A DNA stretch of 63,583 nt, counting the filler, from Chiloscyllium plagiosum (lineage: Eukaryota), in NCBI RefSeq assembly GCF_004010195.1. It is 4 parts of one record of this genome, joined end to end, with 100 filler letters (N's around TTAATTAATTAA, not from the genome) between each part and the next. Parts side by side here need not be neighbours in the genome. Positions count along the whole stretch, not along the records: positions 34,396 to 61,330 come from NC_057712.1; 3 more parts are not named here. One strand, written 5' to 3'. Positions 40,660 through 54,149 of this stretch are shown piece by piece; position 1 is the stretch's first letter, and every line of letters starts with the position of its first letter. The notes below the pieces were generated by a model, which saw only the letters and a program-made list of their open reading frames with translations, made no database searches and was not told the DNA's origin. The position numbers and the translations under genes are program-made.

Positions 40660-42085
40660 TTCAAGGACTGAGTTTTGGTGGAAGTGAAATCATGTTTGAC
40701 CAAGCTATTGAAGTTCTTTGAGCATGCTGTGATCAAGAGAACTCATGGAATTACTAGATATAGATTTCCAAAAGGCATTTGATAAGATGCCACATCAAAG
40801 GCTATTGTGAAAAATCCAAGCTCATGATGTAAGGGCTAACTAATTGTCATGGGTAGAAGATTGGCTGGCTAACAGGAAGCAAAAATTGAAGTATAAATGT
40901 ATTTTTTTTCAGGTTGGCAAGATGTGATGAGTGGTGTGCCACTGGGATTAGTGCCAAGATCTCAACTGTTTACAGTTCATGTCAATGACTTAGACAGAAC
41001 AACAGAAGGAATGGTTGCCAAATTTGCTCGCGGTGCAAAGATAAGTAGGAAAATAAACAGGGAAGAAGATGCAATGAGGTTACAACAAGACATTGGTGGG
41101 TTAAGTGGGTGGGAAAAGATGTGGTAAATGGAATCAAAAGAGAGAAAGTGTGGATTTATCCATTTTGACAGGATTATCTATTTGGTGAGAGATTGCGCAG
41201 CTCTGAGTTGGAGAGGGATCTGCATGTCCTAGAGCATAGAAACATAGAAAGAACATAGAATGTAGGAGCAGGAATAGGCCATCCAGTCCTTCCGGCCTGC
41301 ACCATCATTGGCTGATCATGCAATCTAAGTGTCCCACTCCTTTCACTCAATACCCCATGATCCCTTTCACCATAAGGCCCATGTCCGGATCCCTTTTGAA
41401 CATATCTAATGAACACAGCTTCCTGTGGAAGAGAAATCCCGAGGTTCACAACTCTCTGAGTGAAGAAATTCTTCCTTATCTCAGTCCTGAATGGCTTACC
41501 CTTTATTCTTAGACTATGGCCCCTGGATCTGGACGTCCCCATGAATGGCAACAGATTAGTATGCCAGTGCAGCAAACAATTAGGAAAGCTAATAGCATGT
41601 TATAATTTCTCATGAGCAGAATTGAATACATGAGTACAGAGGTAATACTTCAGTCATACAGGGTATGCTGAGACTGCATCAGAACTATTGTGTACTGTAT
41701 TTAAGGAAAGGCAAAGGGCCCTGGGAAACAGTTCAGGGAAGGTTTACTGGACTAATGGGTGCATTGAGTTATGAGGAAAGATTGGACAGATTAGAATTTG
41801 GTGGCGATTTGACTGAAGCACATGATATTCTGAGGGGTCTTGATAGGGTGGATGTGGAGAAGATTTTTTTTCTTGTAAAAGAATGTAGAACTAGGATTCA
41901 CTGTTTAAAAGCTAGTGGTTGCCCTTTTGAGATGAGGGGATTTCTATTTTCTCTCAGAGGAGCACAAATCTTTAGAAGTCTCTTACTGAAAAGACAAGGA
42001 AGAAGAGTCTTGGAATAATATTTAAGGCAGAGGGAAATAGATTCTTGTTGAGCACGTGGGTAGAAGGTTATCAGAGGCAGGCGAT
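40660..42085 (+). mobile_element. Old CR1 RT with a nested antisense CR1 tail (about 41235-41552)
   Basis: DFQKAFDK, SGVPLG and SYEERLDRL remnants. Confidence 0.8.
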
Positions 42086-43997
42086 TTGAGATCATACTTG
42101 GACAACAAGGAGAGAAGGTGAAACATTAAGGAATTCAGCAAAAACAAAGTCAGTGAGACATAATAGAAAAAGGGTTTGGGAATAGGGAGAGACAGAGCAA
42201 TGGGAAGAGATTTTAGGAAGAATCCTATAGTTGGATGAAGAATGTGCTAAGGTTGCTGGAGTGGAAGCACGGCAGTATAAAAAGCATTAAAATAGGACAA
42301 CCCAGATTTTGACAGGATTATCTATTTGGTGAGAGATTGTGCAGCTCTGAGTTGGAGAGGGATGTGTGTGTCCTAGAGCATAGAATATAGGTCTCCAAAC
42401 GCAGCCCTGAAGCACCAATGGAGTTGGGCAGATGGGGGTGGGGGTGGGCACCACTGTTTAATAGAATATTTTCCCAGTTGTCAGACACTCAACCCTTTAT
42501 TCCCTAAGCATCCCACCAATCTATAATAGTCCCCACGCTCTTTCATAATCATAAGGGACATGATGAGGGGATAAGGAGATAAGGGGCATGATCTCTCCCA
42601 TTTCCCCACAATGCCCTCATGACCTTTTCCTGACTCCATGCCCTCTTATACGTCCATGCCCCCTCTATATGATTCCATGAGCACCTTGCCCCTTCTGGAT
42701 CTTGCTGAATCCTCTATACCCATTGTCCAAGTACTTGTCACCTGCAGAACAATGAACCATTGACAGATCTGACAAGTGTTTGAAATAATTCTGAAACTCA
42801 CAATATAAAAAGAGGCTTTAAAAAGATATTTGGGGAAAAAGAAATGCTCACTTTTCAATACATGTCCAACAATCATTCAGTGTATAAGCTTTTATTCACT
42901 AAAAACTTTTAGCTTTATGTAAATAAACAAACAGGCCATTGGAAAAAAACACCGACTAAACAATAACATATTTAAGGCAATTGAGATGTCAGCCAAACAG
43001 GGTTGAACTCCTCTTTTGAGCTGTCATTGTTGTCTGCTGAGGTAAGTGGATTTGTCAGTCCTGGAGCTCAGCCAAGCATTAATAATGAGGTTATATAGCA
43101 ACTGTATTCGTTGAAAAAGTTAGAAGAGAACATTCTTCCAGATGACTTCACAATCAATGTTTGGCTGATCTCTAAGAAGAATAATTCCACTGAGGTGAGC
43201 AGGTGCTGTTATACATCTATAGACAGGAGTGTAAGTTATGTTTGATTGAAGATCTGTATCATAGATAAGTTATTCTTCCTTTGATATGTTTATGCTTTTG
43301 TATTTACTTACACAAGATTAAGAATTCCAAAGTGAATGAAAACACTTTGAAATTGAAACTAAGAATGGTTGGATAAATTGATATCTTTAAGAGAAGGTAA
43401 GATGATAATGTATTTCAATAGGGGAATGTTGACTGGCTGTTTCTTATTGGGTTACTAACTCAGAATGAGTATCCCACCATGATTTACCATTCTTCTGATA
43501 TGACCTGAACCACTGCTACTAATGGACCTTATCCAGCACTTTAGAAATTGCTGAAAATGGGAATTGTAGCAGGAATCCTGGAACAGAATTTTGCAAGTGA
43601 TGTTAAAGGCCTCCCAACTTGGTCTAACTTCAGGAAAATCCTGGTCTCAGTCCTTACCAATTGCAAAGGCTACCATTCTCCAGCATTCATCTCTAACTGG
43701 AGTTTGGCTGGATGGCCGTGGCAATAGATAATCCTATGGGCTTCTCTCAGCATTACTCCTATACTTAAATCTCATTGTGCTTGTCTATAGCCCCACCTCA
43801 CCTGAGCACCTCAGACATTATGAAAGATGGGGTACCATTAGGATGATTATAAAGCATGTCCACGGGGACATTGAACACAAAGTTAAGGGGTTTCATAAAT
43901 CAAGGAGACAGAATAGTCAAGCGCCTGTAATATGAAGTGGAAAATGTTGTTATGGTATTGACTGTGGGCAAGCATGCTATGTGATCTGGTAATATAA

Positions 43998-44850
43998 CCA
44001 TACCCCTTCTTCCTCAGGAGGCTAAGGAAATTCAGCATGTCCACAAGGACCCTCACCAACGTTTTCAGATACACCATAGAAAGCATTCTCTCTGGGTGAA
44101 TCACAGCTTGGTATGGTAACTGCTGTGCTCAGGACTTGTAAGCAATTGCTGAAAATTGTCTGTGATCCCAGACCATCATGCAATCCAACCTCCCATCCAT
44201 TGCCTCCATCTACCCTTCTTATTGCTGCAGAAAGGCTGCCAAGATTATCAAAGATCCCTCCTCCCCCGGTAATACCATCTTCCATCACGCAAATGATACA
44301 GAAGCTTAAACTCACGTACCAATAGCTTCAAGAGCAGGCTCTTCCCTGGTGTTATTAAGCTGCTGAATGGACCTTTCTAATTTCAAATCTAATGTTGACC
44401 TTGCTTTTGTGCACCTCCTGTGCAGCTGTAATCTTGTTGTGTCTTAGTGGCAGCACGGTGGCACAGTGGTTAGCACTGCTGCCTTACAGCGCCAGAGACC
44501 CGGATTCAATTCCCGCCTCAGGCAACTATCTGTGTGGAGTTTGCACATTCCCCGTGGGTTTGCTCTGGGTGCTCTGGTTTCCTCCCACAGTCCAAAAATG
44601 TGCAGGTTAGGTGAATTGGCCATGCAAAATTGCCCGTAGTTTTAGGTGGAGGGGAATGGGTCTGGGTGGGTTGCTCTTCAGAGGGTCGATGTGGACTTGT
44701 TAGGCCGAAGGGCCTGTTTCCACACTGTAAGTAATCTAATCACCCTATGATCTGTATGTTCTTGTTTGCTACGATCTGCCTGTACTGCTCATAAAACAAA
44801 ATCTTTCACTGTACTTTGGTACATGTGACAACAATACATCAAACCAAAAT
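43998..44850 (+). mobile_element. Rex1/Babar LINE 3' end containing an HE1 SINE (44449-44740)
   Basis: FLRRLRKFSMSTRTLTNVFRYTIESILS; SINE A and B boxes. Confidence 0.85.
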
Positions 44851-44892
44851 GGCTATGTTGCTGCATTAATAATGGGGAGGCTTCAAGGAATG

Positions 44893-45002
44893 TGGGGGTC
44901 TAGATTAAAGTGGTGCTGGAAAAGCACAGCACATCAGGCAGCATACGAGGAGCAGGAAAATCAACGTTTCAGGCAAAACCTCTCATGAGGAATAAAGGGC
45001 CT
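44893..45002 (-). mobile_element. 110-bp Penelope family A insert
   Basis: TSD aggcttcaaggaatg at 44878-44892 and 45003-45017; decayed hammerhead. Confidence 0.88.
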
Positions 45003-46479
45003 AGGCTTCAAGGAATGATCGAGAATGATCAAAGCCCATCACAGGAGTTGGGAAATTTAAATTGAATTAATTATAAATAAATCTGGTGTCGTAACAACAA
45101 CTGTGAAGCTATTATATCATATTAAAAATCCCATGTCGTTCACAGATACTCTTTAAGAAATGAAGTCGGCCCATCATTACTCCATCTGGTCTATGCTCAG
45201 CTCCAGGCACACAGTAATGTGCTTGACTCTTAATTTCCCTCTGAAACAAAAGCACTGAGCTGTACTATTAAAGCAGTTCACCATCACCTTCCCAAGGGCA
45301 ACTAGTGTTAGGAATGGTCTTGCCAACAATGTCATGCCCTGAGGAAGAATTTTTTTAAAAGAAATGCAAGGACGTAAGAAAAGAAAGGCATTTGTTTGTG
45401 GTGGAAGGAGAGAAAATGAAAATGTATTTGGAATGTAAAGGGAGATGGTGGAGTGTGTCCTTGTCAGCTTGCACTGACAACTGGAACGGAGGTGGGGGGG
45501 GAGTTACTGGGAACAGCTGAGCTGGGAATGAAGGGAAGTTGGCAGCTACCACTTTGCAGAGTTGGCTGATGGTAAATCCGTGAAGGGAATTCAATTCCAC
45601 TTTTGTAGGTGTTTCCCTTGTCGTAAATAAGTGTGCAGCAACTGGGTGCAGAGCCCGAATGACAAGGTGACAAGGATAGGAGATGTCAGAGTTAGAATCA
45701 CTCGGGAATACAAGCTGACAAAATCATGGGGGTCTCACTCCCAGCTTGATTCACATTCCAACTTAAACTCAGAGCATAACTGTTGAGCCCTGACCCTGGA
45801 TTACTCACGGTTATAAATAATTGCCTGCATTTTTTCCTCATCTTGGAAAAAAAAATCAAAAGCTCTTTTAATAAAAATATGTCAACCTCAGTAATCGTTT
45901 AAGCGATGTTCTTGAATGTTCTAATCGAAATGATCTTTTCCTGTCCCTTAAATCTTTCCACGTTTCCATAATTAAAAAAAGAGACATTTCCATTTGCTGC
46001 AGTAGTTGTCTTCAATTGAGTATTTTTAAAGCCAACTGAAACCATCTTGTATTTTTGTACTATTTCTCCCTAGAATTAGTTCTGAGAATATTCACTGCAC
46101 GTAGGAGCTCCAGCAGACACCCAGGAGAGAGCATATCCTCCATCTGGCTGCATGAGATTTAAATTCTGATCCCAGGAGTGAAGTGATTTCGAGACCTCTT
46201 TGCACTGCTCTCCCTCATGTCCTGGGAATGAATTCCAACACAAGGGATATGTGGGATTCGTCAACACAGCTTAGGGATCAAAATGGTAACAGGTTAAAAA
46301 GAGGCAGGAACGAATCCATAGCAGAAAGGAATTACAAGCAGCAACCTTTAAAGAATTGTTTAAACAAGATAGATGAAAATAATCTGCCCTCTGGAAAATT
46401 TTGGTGGCCAGGACTATTTTCAGGTCAACAAGAATCAGAGTGCACCAGCATTTGGAATGTTCCAGAAAGCACCGCATTT

Positions 46480-47045
46480 GTCACAGAGTCATACAGCATG
46501 GAAACAGACCCTTCAGTTCAAATAGTCAGTGCCTACCATATTCCCACATCAACCACGTCCTACCCTGCCCGCATTTGGCCCATATCCCTCCAAAATGGTC
46601 CTATTCATTAATTTATCAGCTGTCTTTTAAATGTAACTGTACCTGCATTCACGACCCCCTCTGGCAGTTCATTTCACATACAAACCATTCTCTGTGAAAA
46701 TGTTCCCCCTTGTGTCCTTTTCAAATTGTTCTCTTTTCACCTTAAAGAATATGTCCCCTACATTTGAACTCCCCTACCCTTAGAAAAAGACCCTTGCTAT
46801 TCACCCTATCCGTGCCCCTCATGATTTTATAAACCTTGATAAGGTCACCATCTCAGCCTCCTACACTCCAGTGAACAAAGTCCTGGCCTATTCAGCCTAT
46901 CTTTATAACCCAAACCTTCTATTCCTGGCAACATTCTGGTAAATCTTTTCTGAACCGTGTCCCTTTTAATAATCTCCTTCCTATGGCAGGGTGACAAGAA
47001 TTGCACACAGTATTCCAGAAGAGGCCTTACCAACCTGCACAACCT
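46480..47045 (-). mobile_element. HER1/CR1 3' fragment
   Basis: RLVRPLLEYCVQF...QKRFTRMLPG. Confidence 0.88.
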
Positions 47046-47374
47046 CAAAATGGAGGTGCACAGTGAAACCCAGTAATACAGAATCCTCTCAGCCCAGTGA
47101 GCACCAAAATGGATGAAAAATCCCTCCACCAGATGTTTGCAGTCCCTCGGTGATTGGGGGATTGAAAGAAGCCATCGATTGCCACCTCAGGCACCCACGG
47201 GAATGCTACCTTTATGTAGTTGCCAAATTCCTCCACTTCTTATGTCGGGAAGATGTCATCAGGTTCTGGTAATTGCTCTCAAGTGGATTCCTTATTATGC
47301 AATCTGACAGCCTGCCTCTGTGGAGGGAACTGTCAGTTCCCATGTCAACTGGCCTTAAAAATCACAATTTTTAA

Positions 47375-47715
47375 AAATTTATTCATTCATGGGATGAGGG
47401 CATGGCTGGCGAGGTCAGCATTTATTGCCCATCCCTAATTTCCCACAGGGCACTTACAAGTTAACCACATTGTCATGTGTAGACCAGAGTAGGTAAGAAT
47501 GACAGTTTCCCTCCCTAAAGGCAATTAGTGAACCAGATGGGGGTTTTTTTCACAACGATTGGCAATGGATTTATGATCACCATTAGACTCTTAATTTTTA
47601 TTGAATTCAAACTCCAACATCTGGTCACGGTGGGATTTGAATCCAGGACCCTAGAGCATTATTTGGGTCTCTTGATAAACAGTTCAGTGATAATACCACT
47701 AAGGCTGTCACCTCT
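47375..47715 (-). mobile_element. tRNA-derived SINE (same family as 19425-19770)
   Basis: Visible homology; B-box-like ggattcaaatccc on the minus strand. Confidence 0.75.
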
Positions 47716-48189
47716 CCAGAGAATGGAGGTGAGAATGAGTCAGGGGTTTGACCCAACATGGCAACTTTCCAAAGTTGTCCATTTCCTCTGTCACTCTCAC
47801 TATTGCCTGCAACATCCTCTCTTACTCATTCATGTTCCCTCACAAACCTCCCATATGACTAACCATCATGCCCTCAGTGCAGTCTATTTGCTCACGTGAG
47901 ATACCTCACCAAGTTTCTGCCACCTCCACCAGCTATGCCACCTACTTTCACCACACTCAGTCTGTGACTCTCTCCATTACAGGAGAAAACAACAGGTAAC
48001 AGTACAGAAACATCCAGGATGGATGGAGGGGTGCCCGACATCGAATCCCTTGCCAACTATAAAGAGGGAATCCTGTCCGTCACAGGAATAGAGCAGGAAA
48101 TTAGGACTACAATGAGATGTAGGCTGAGGGAAAGATAAATGATAAACTTTGGGGGCATGTTGATGGCTATTGATGGGATATTGTCAAGG

Positions 48190-49165
48190 CTGATAACCCA
48201 GTATCCAGTGCCTCCGACTGTTTCTTGATATCACATGGAGCGAATTGAATTGGCTGAAATGTGTATATGTAATGCTGGGGACCACTGGAGGAGGCCGAGA
48301 TGGATCATGCACTTGGCATTTGTGGCTGAAGATTGCTGCAAATCTTTTCGCCTTATGTTTTGCAGTGATGTACTAGGCTCTTGCATCATTGAGGATGGGG
48401 ATATTTGTGGAGCCTCCTTCTCCAATGAGTTATTTAATTGTCCACCATCATGAATGGTGGTGGATGTGGCAGGACTGCAGAGCTTAGATCTGATCTTTTG
48501 GTTGTGAGATCACTTATCTCTGTCTATCACTTGCTACTTGTACTACTTGGCACTCAAGTAGTCCTGTTTGGTGGCTTCACCAGGTTGACACCTCATCTTC
48601 AGGTGTGCCTGGTGCTGCTCCTGGCATGCCCTCCTGCACTCTCCATTGAACCAGGGTTGATCCCCTGGCCTTACGGTAATGGTTGAGTGGGGGATATACT
48701 GGGCCATGAGGTTACACATTGTGTTGGAATACAATTCTGCTGCTGTTGATGGCCCACAGCGCCTCATGGGTGCCATGGATCTGTTTGAAGTCTGTCCCAT
48801 TTAGCACGGTGATAGTGCCACACAACACGATGGAGGATGTTGACTATGTGAAAACAGGACTCCGTCTCCACAAGAACTGGGCAGTAGTCACTCTTACTGA
48901 TACTATCATGGACAGATGCATCTGCAGCTGGCAGATTGGTAAGGATGAGGTCAAGTATGTTTTTCCTTTGTGTTGGGTTTCTTCGCTACCTGCCGCAGAC
49001 CCAGTCGAGCAGCGATGTCCTTTAGAACTCGACCAGCTCAATCAGTAGAACTGTTGCCGAGCCATTCTTGTTCATTGCCATTGAAATCCCCCAACCCCAG
49101 AGTACGTTTTGCACTCTTTCCACCCTCAGGTCTTCCTCCAAGTGTTGTTCAACATGGAGGAACAT
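48190..49165 (-). mobile_element. CR1-group LINE endonuclease and linker fragment
   Basis: YIPHSTITVRPGDQPWFNGECRRAC. Confidence 0.78.
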
Positions 49166-49677
49166 TGATTCATTTGAGACATGGCTGCCAGCTTGCTGCA
49201 AAGACTGTGTGTTAGCCGTGTAAGCTGCTGGCACAGTGGGGGTAAGCGTGGGACTGAAGGAGCAAACTGCCTTTGAGCAGGGGTTACATCCCCCTGACTG
49301 AGCACTGCTGACTAGTGAGGCAGGCTGCCTAGGCATGTGACTGCACTAACAGGAAAGGCACAGCAAGGCAAGGCAGGAATGCTATGGGCAAGGCAGTGTA
49401 TGCAGAGTGAGTGAACACTAAGACAGTAAGTGAGCAGCCCCTGAGATGTAGCCTGATCCGATCAATGAGCTGGGAGTCTGTCCCTACACACAAAATGTCT
49501 ACACAATAGCCTTTCGATGCAAATTCCCAGTGCACTCTCCAACATAAGCCTGTCCTTCCTCAGCATCATTGCAAATGGATGGGTGAGGGGGTTGGATTTA
49601 TCGGATGCCAGTATCTGTGGATAAGGGGTGCACGTGGCTGATGCCTGTGGATTGTGCCCTGGCATGCTATCATGTGG

Positions 49678-51025
49678 GTCATAGAGTCATAGAGATGTAC
49701 AGCATGGAAATAGACCCTTCAGTCCAACCCATCCATTCTGACCAGATATCCCAACCCAATCTAGTCCCATTTGCCAGCACCCAGCCCATATCCAGATGCC
49801 TTTTTAATTGTATCAGTCTCCATAGCTTCCTCTGGCAGCTCATTTCATACACACACCACTCTCTGTGTGAAAACGTTGCCCCTTAGCTTTCTTTTATATC
49901 TTTCCCCTCTGACCCTAAACCTATGCTCTCTAGTTCTCAACTCCCCTAACCCAGGGAAAAGACTTTGTCTATTTATCCTATCCAGACCCCTCATGATTTT
50001 ATAAACCTCTATAAGGTCACCCCTCAACCTCTGACTCTGAAGGGCAAACAGCCCCAACGTATTAGACCTCTCCCTATAGCTCAAATCCTCCAACCCTGGC
50101 AACATCCTTGTAAATCTTTTCTGAACACTTTCAAGTTTCACAACATCTTTCCGATAGGAAGGAGACCAGAATTGTATGCAATATTCCAAAAGTGTCCTGT
50201 ACAGCCTCAACATGACATAGAACATAGAACATAGAACAGTACAGCACAGAACAGGCCCTTCAGCCCACAATGTTGTGCCGACCATTGATCCTCATGTATG
50301 CACCCCCAAATTTCTGTGACCATATGCATGTCCAGCAGCCTCTTAAATGTCCCCAATGACCTTGCTTCCACAACTGCTGCTGGCAATGCATTCCATGCTC
50401 TCACAACTCTCTGTGTAAAGAACTCGCCTCTGACATCCCCTCTCTACTTTCCTCCAACCAGCTTAAAACTATGACCCCTCATGTTAGCCATTTCTGCCCT
50501 GGGAAATAGTCTCTGGCCATCGACTCTATCTATGCCTCTCATTATCTTGTATACCTCAATTAGGTCCCCTCTCCTCCTCCTTTTCTCCAATGAAAAAGTC
50601 TGAGCTCAAAACCTCCCAATTCCTGTACTCAATACTCTGACCAATAAAGGAAAGTATACCAAATGCCTTCTTCACTATCCTGTCTACTTGCGACTCCACT
50701 TTCAAGGAGCTATGAACCTGCACTCCAAGGTCTCTTTGTTCACCAACACTCTCTAGGACCTTACCATTAAGTGTATAAGACCTGCTAAGATTTGCTTTCC
50801 CAAAATGCAGCACCTTGCGTTTATCTAAATTAAACTCCATCTGCCACTTCTCAGTCCATTGGCCCATCTGGTCCAGATCCTGTTGTAATCTGAGGTAACA
50901 TTCTTTGATGCCCAATTTTGGATCTCCAATTTTGGTGTCATCTGCAAACTTACTAAGTATGCCTCTTATGCTCACATCCAAATCATTTACGTAAATGATG
51001 AAAAGTAGAGGGCCCAGCACCGACC
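49678..51025 (-). mobile_element. HER1/CR1 3' half with a nested CR1 tail (about 50214-50610)
   Basis: SVLGPLLF..YVNDL...KFADDTKIG; two different tails. Confidence 0.9.
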
Positions 51026-51264
51026 TACATGGAGGCCAGTCATGAGCTGAAGTCACCAAGTACCTGTTCCAACTTTATTGTCAAGAATTCTCCATGTCTG
51101 ATTTGCTCATGGGTGGGCAGGAGGATCAAAAGCTACAGATTAATTAGGTGAGTGCGCAGTTCTCCCTAAATGGTCAGCCCACTGCTCCCCAGGGAGAATC
51201 TCACATTAACACCAGGTACTCAGTTAAACGATGTGGCAAGTTGTACCGATGTTGAGCTAGAATC

Positions 51265-51605
51265 AGCGAATCCCTACAGTATAGAAGCAGGCCATTCGGC
51301 CCATTGAGAGCACACTGGCCCTCCAAAGAGAATCCCACCCACATACACCCTACTACCTAATCACTGTAATCCTGCATTTTCTCATGGTTAATCCACCTAG
51401 CCTGCACATCCTTAGATGCTACAGGACAATTTACAATGGCCAATGCAGCTAACCTGTATATCATGGACTGTGGGAGGAAACTGGAGCACCTGGAGGAAGC
51501 CAATGCAGACATGAGGAAAATCTGCAAACATCACACAGTCACCCAAGGATGGAATCGAACCCAGATCCCTGCATGAGGCAGCAGTGCTAACCACTGAGCC
51601 ATCAT
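51265..51605 (-). mobile_element. HE1 SINE
   Basis: Reverse-strand A box and GGTTCGATTCC B box. Confidence 0.87.
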
Positions 51606-52486
51606 GTCTTCCGGATTCCTCACTCAATTCTGCCACACCTCCCACCATTGCTCATATCATTCAGGCCCTAGTAAGATTCCAACCAATGTTTCAGATCAAA
51701 GCCTCTGATAAAAGGTCATTGACAAAATATTACCTCTGTTTCGCTCTCTATAGTTAGGCCTGACTGAGTTTCTGCAGCATTTTGTTTTGTTCTTAGTGGA
51801 GATTGAAACTATTACACTTTTGAGAGGCGTCGGACTGGGACTTGACTCGAGGAGATAACTCACTGGCTCCACACTTGGATTTGGAGTTTCTCCCACAAAC
51901 ACTCTGGGAATTTAGTGGTCCTTTCATCCCAGGAAAGCTACACACACAGCAGTGAGTCTGTAATTGGAAGTGGGCTCTCCACAATTCTGTGATGTGTGTT
52001 AATGAATGGGACCCAGATTACAGGGGACTCGATTGGGGATGAAGAGGATGAGAAGCACAAGGGGTCTGCAAGACAGAAGCTGGGAGAAGAAGACTTAAAT
52101 AGGTGGCCCTTATTCTCCCCTGCGTGGAAGCGTCCTGTGCACATTTAACACTTCAACGTTCTGTGCTCTACACAAGCTTCATCCAATTCTTCTTCATCTC
52201 ACTCCATCAACCTGCTGTCTTCTCTGTGTTTCTTTGAACTGAGGAGATTCTAAATCCCCTGAATAAACTTTTTTTTCCTTTTAGCCCCAGGCACTCTGAC
52301 TGTGGCCAGTCAGCTCAGGAGCCAGTTCTCCACAAACAAATAAAAATATAAATAAAAACCCACAGCAAGTGACCGGCCAGCTCGGAGACAGCCCTTAACT
52401 GAGGAGATTCTAATCTCCTGCGGTTTATTTTTGTGTGTGTGTAGGTGTAGGACACAACGAAGAAACATCAAGAGCAGAAATCTTGA

Positions 52487-52805
52487 TTAGATTAGATTAA
52501 ATTAGATTATGATTTTAGGTTCCCCACAGCGTGGAAACAGGCTCTTCAGGTCCACACTGACCCTCCAAAGAGTAACCCACCCAGACCCATTTCCCTCTGA
52601 CTAATTCACCTAACACTATGGGCAATTTAGCATGGCCAATTCACCTGGCCAGCACACCTTTGGATTGTGGGAGGAAACCGGAGCACCCAGAGGAAACCCA
52701 CACAGACACGGGGAGAATGTGTATACTCCACACAGACAGTCGCCCGAGGAGGGGATCAAACCCAGGTTCCTGGCACAGTGAGGCAGCAGTGCTAACCACT
52801 GAGCC
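52487..52805 (-). mobile_element. HE1 SINE
   Basis: Reverse-strand boxes and (ctaat)n tail. Confidence 0.9.
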
Positions 52806-54149
52806 TGGGGCAATTGTCTTTATGCATAGTCCCCCCACCGGGAAGAGGCAAAATCACCCGAGTGGCCAGTGATAAGCAGTGCCCCTCTCCATCGACCTTC
52901 GATCCCTTCCTCCCTCATGGGCTTCTCTTCCTCATCCTTAAATGATCCAGACTATTCACCTCAATCACTCTTTGTGAGCTCTCCAGATGTGGAGAAAGAA
53001 CTTTCTCCTGAATTCCTCTTTCAGATTTATGACACTGGGTAAGAGAACACTTCAGGCAGACGCTATGGGCTCTTACAAGAACAGATAATTAGTGTGTTGG
53101 CACTTACATAACCCAGTAAAATGATAAATCATTTCTGGAAATTTTTTGAGTGCACTGTATTCCTCCAGTACATGCTGACCTTACAATGTCAGCTGACATA
53201 AAAATCAAAGTCTCTTTTTGGACAGATGGAATTTGTTTGGTGCTGGGGGGGGGAGGAGGAGGAAGAGCTAAGAGAGACATTAATGCAGAGTAGCGCATGG
53301 TGTTCAGCTGAAGCACTTTCTGAAGAGCTGTGATTATGCAGCTTGGTTAGCATGGGGCTGCTGGATTTTCTGACTCCCACCCCTGTGCCGTCCTTACGTT
53401 TTCACCCACTGTGCTGAGGGTCCTCGTCCAGAGGTGGCTCTCCACATCGTCTCTGTGACAAGGGAGCAGGTCGCGTCAAACAAATCTGACATGGACTGGC
53501 TTTGTGAACTGGGTTGCAGGAAGTCACCAGACATGAGCAAAGAACAGCTCCCACTGCTGGGGCACCTCAATAATCTCTAACTCCAGCTGCTCTACTCATC
53601 TGTCTGTTGGAGAGTAGGTCATCGAGTAGGGATTTCTGAGGAAAGAAACTGGCAAAACATCAAGAGGATCCAACCTCCCAAAGAGGATTATTCACAGCAG
53701 CTGGAGGAGTAACACAAGGGAAAACACAACTAGATCCACCATAAGGTGGATGAAGGTCCACCCCCTGGTAATGGGATCATGTGAAGGAGCTGGAGGCTTG
53801 GTGTGGATGGTCTCAGTGAGGGGCAGGGATTTGGAGAAGGCCTGAATTCTGGGAGAGCCCAGTGTTCCACAACACAAATATAAACTGTAGGCCGACCGGG
53901 AGACCGACAGGCTGAGAGGCCACAAAGGTTTGAAGCTTATCAGACTTTGGCAAAATGTCATTTTCACTGAGCTTCATGGAGGATTTCTCTTCCTTCACAA
54001 GGCCTCGTGTGTTTCCTCACACTGTCATCCCCAACTCGCCTCATTAACGACCTACCCCAGTCCTATGGCGATGTACTGATCTGACACTAGTCCAGTTCTA
54101 CCACATAATCTAGACAGAAAGTACTTGCCGCAACTCCAGATGTGTGGCA

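Noticed and set aside
43098..43193. Possible exon QLYSLKKLEENILPDDFTINVWLISKKNNSTE before GAG|gtgagc
   Set aside because: Weak acceptor and unrecognised peptide; not distinguishable from chance
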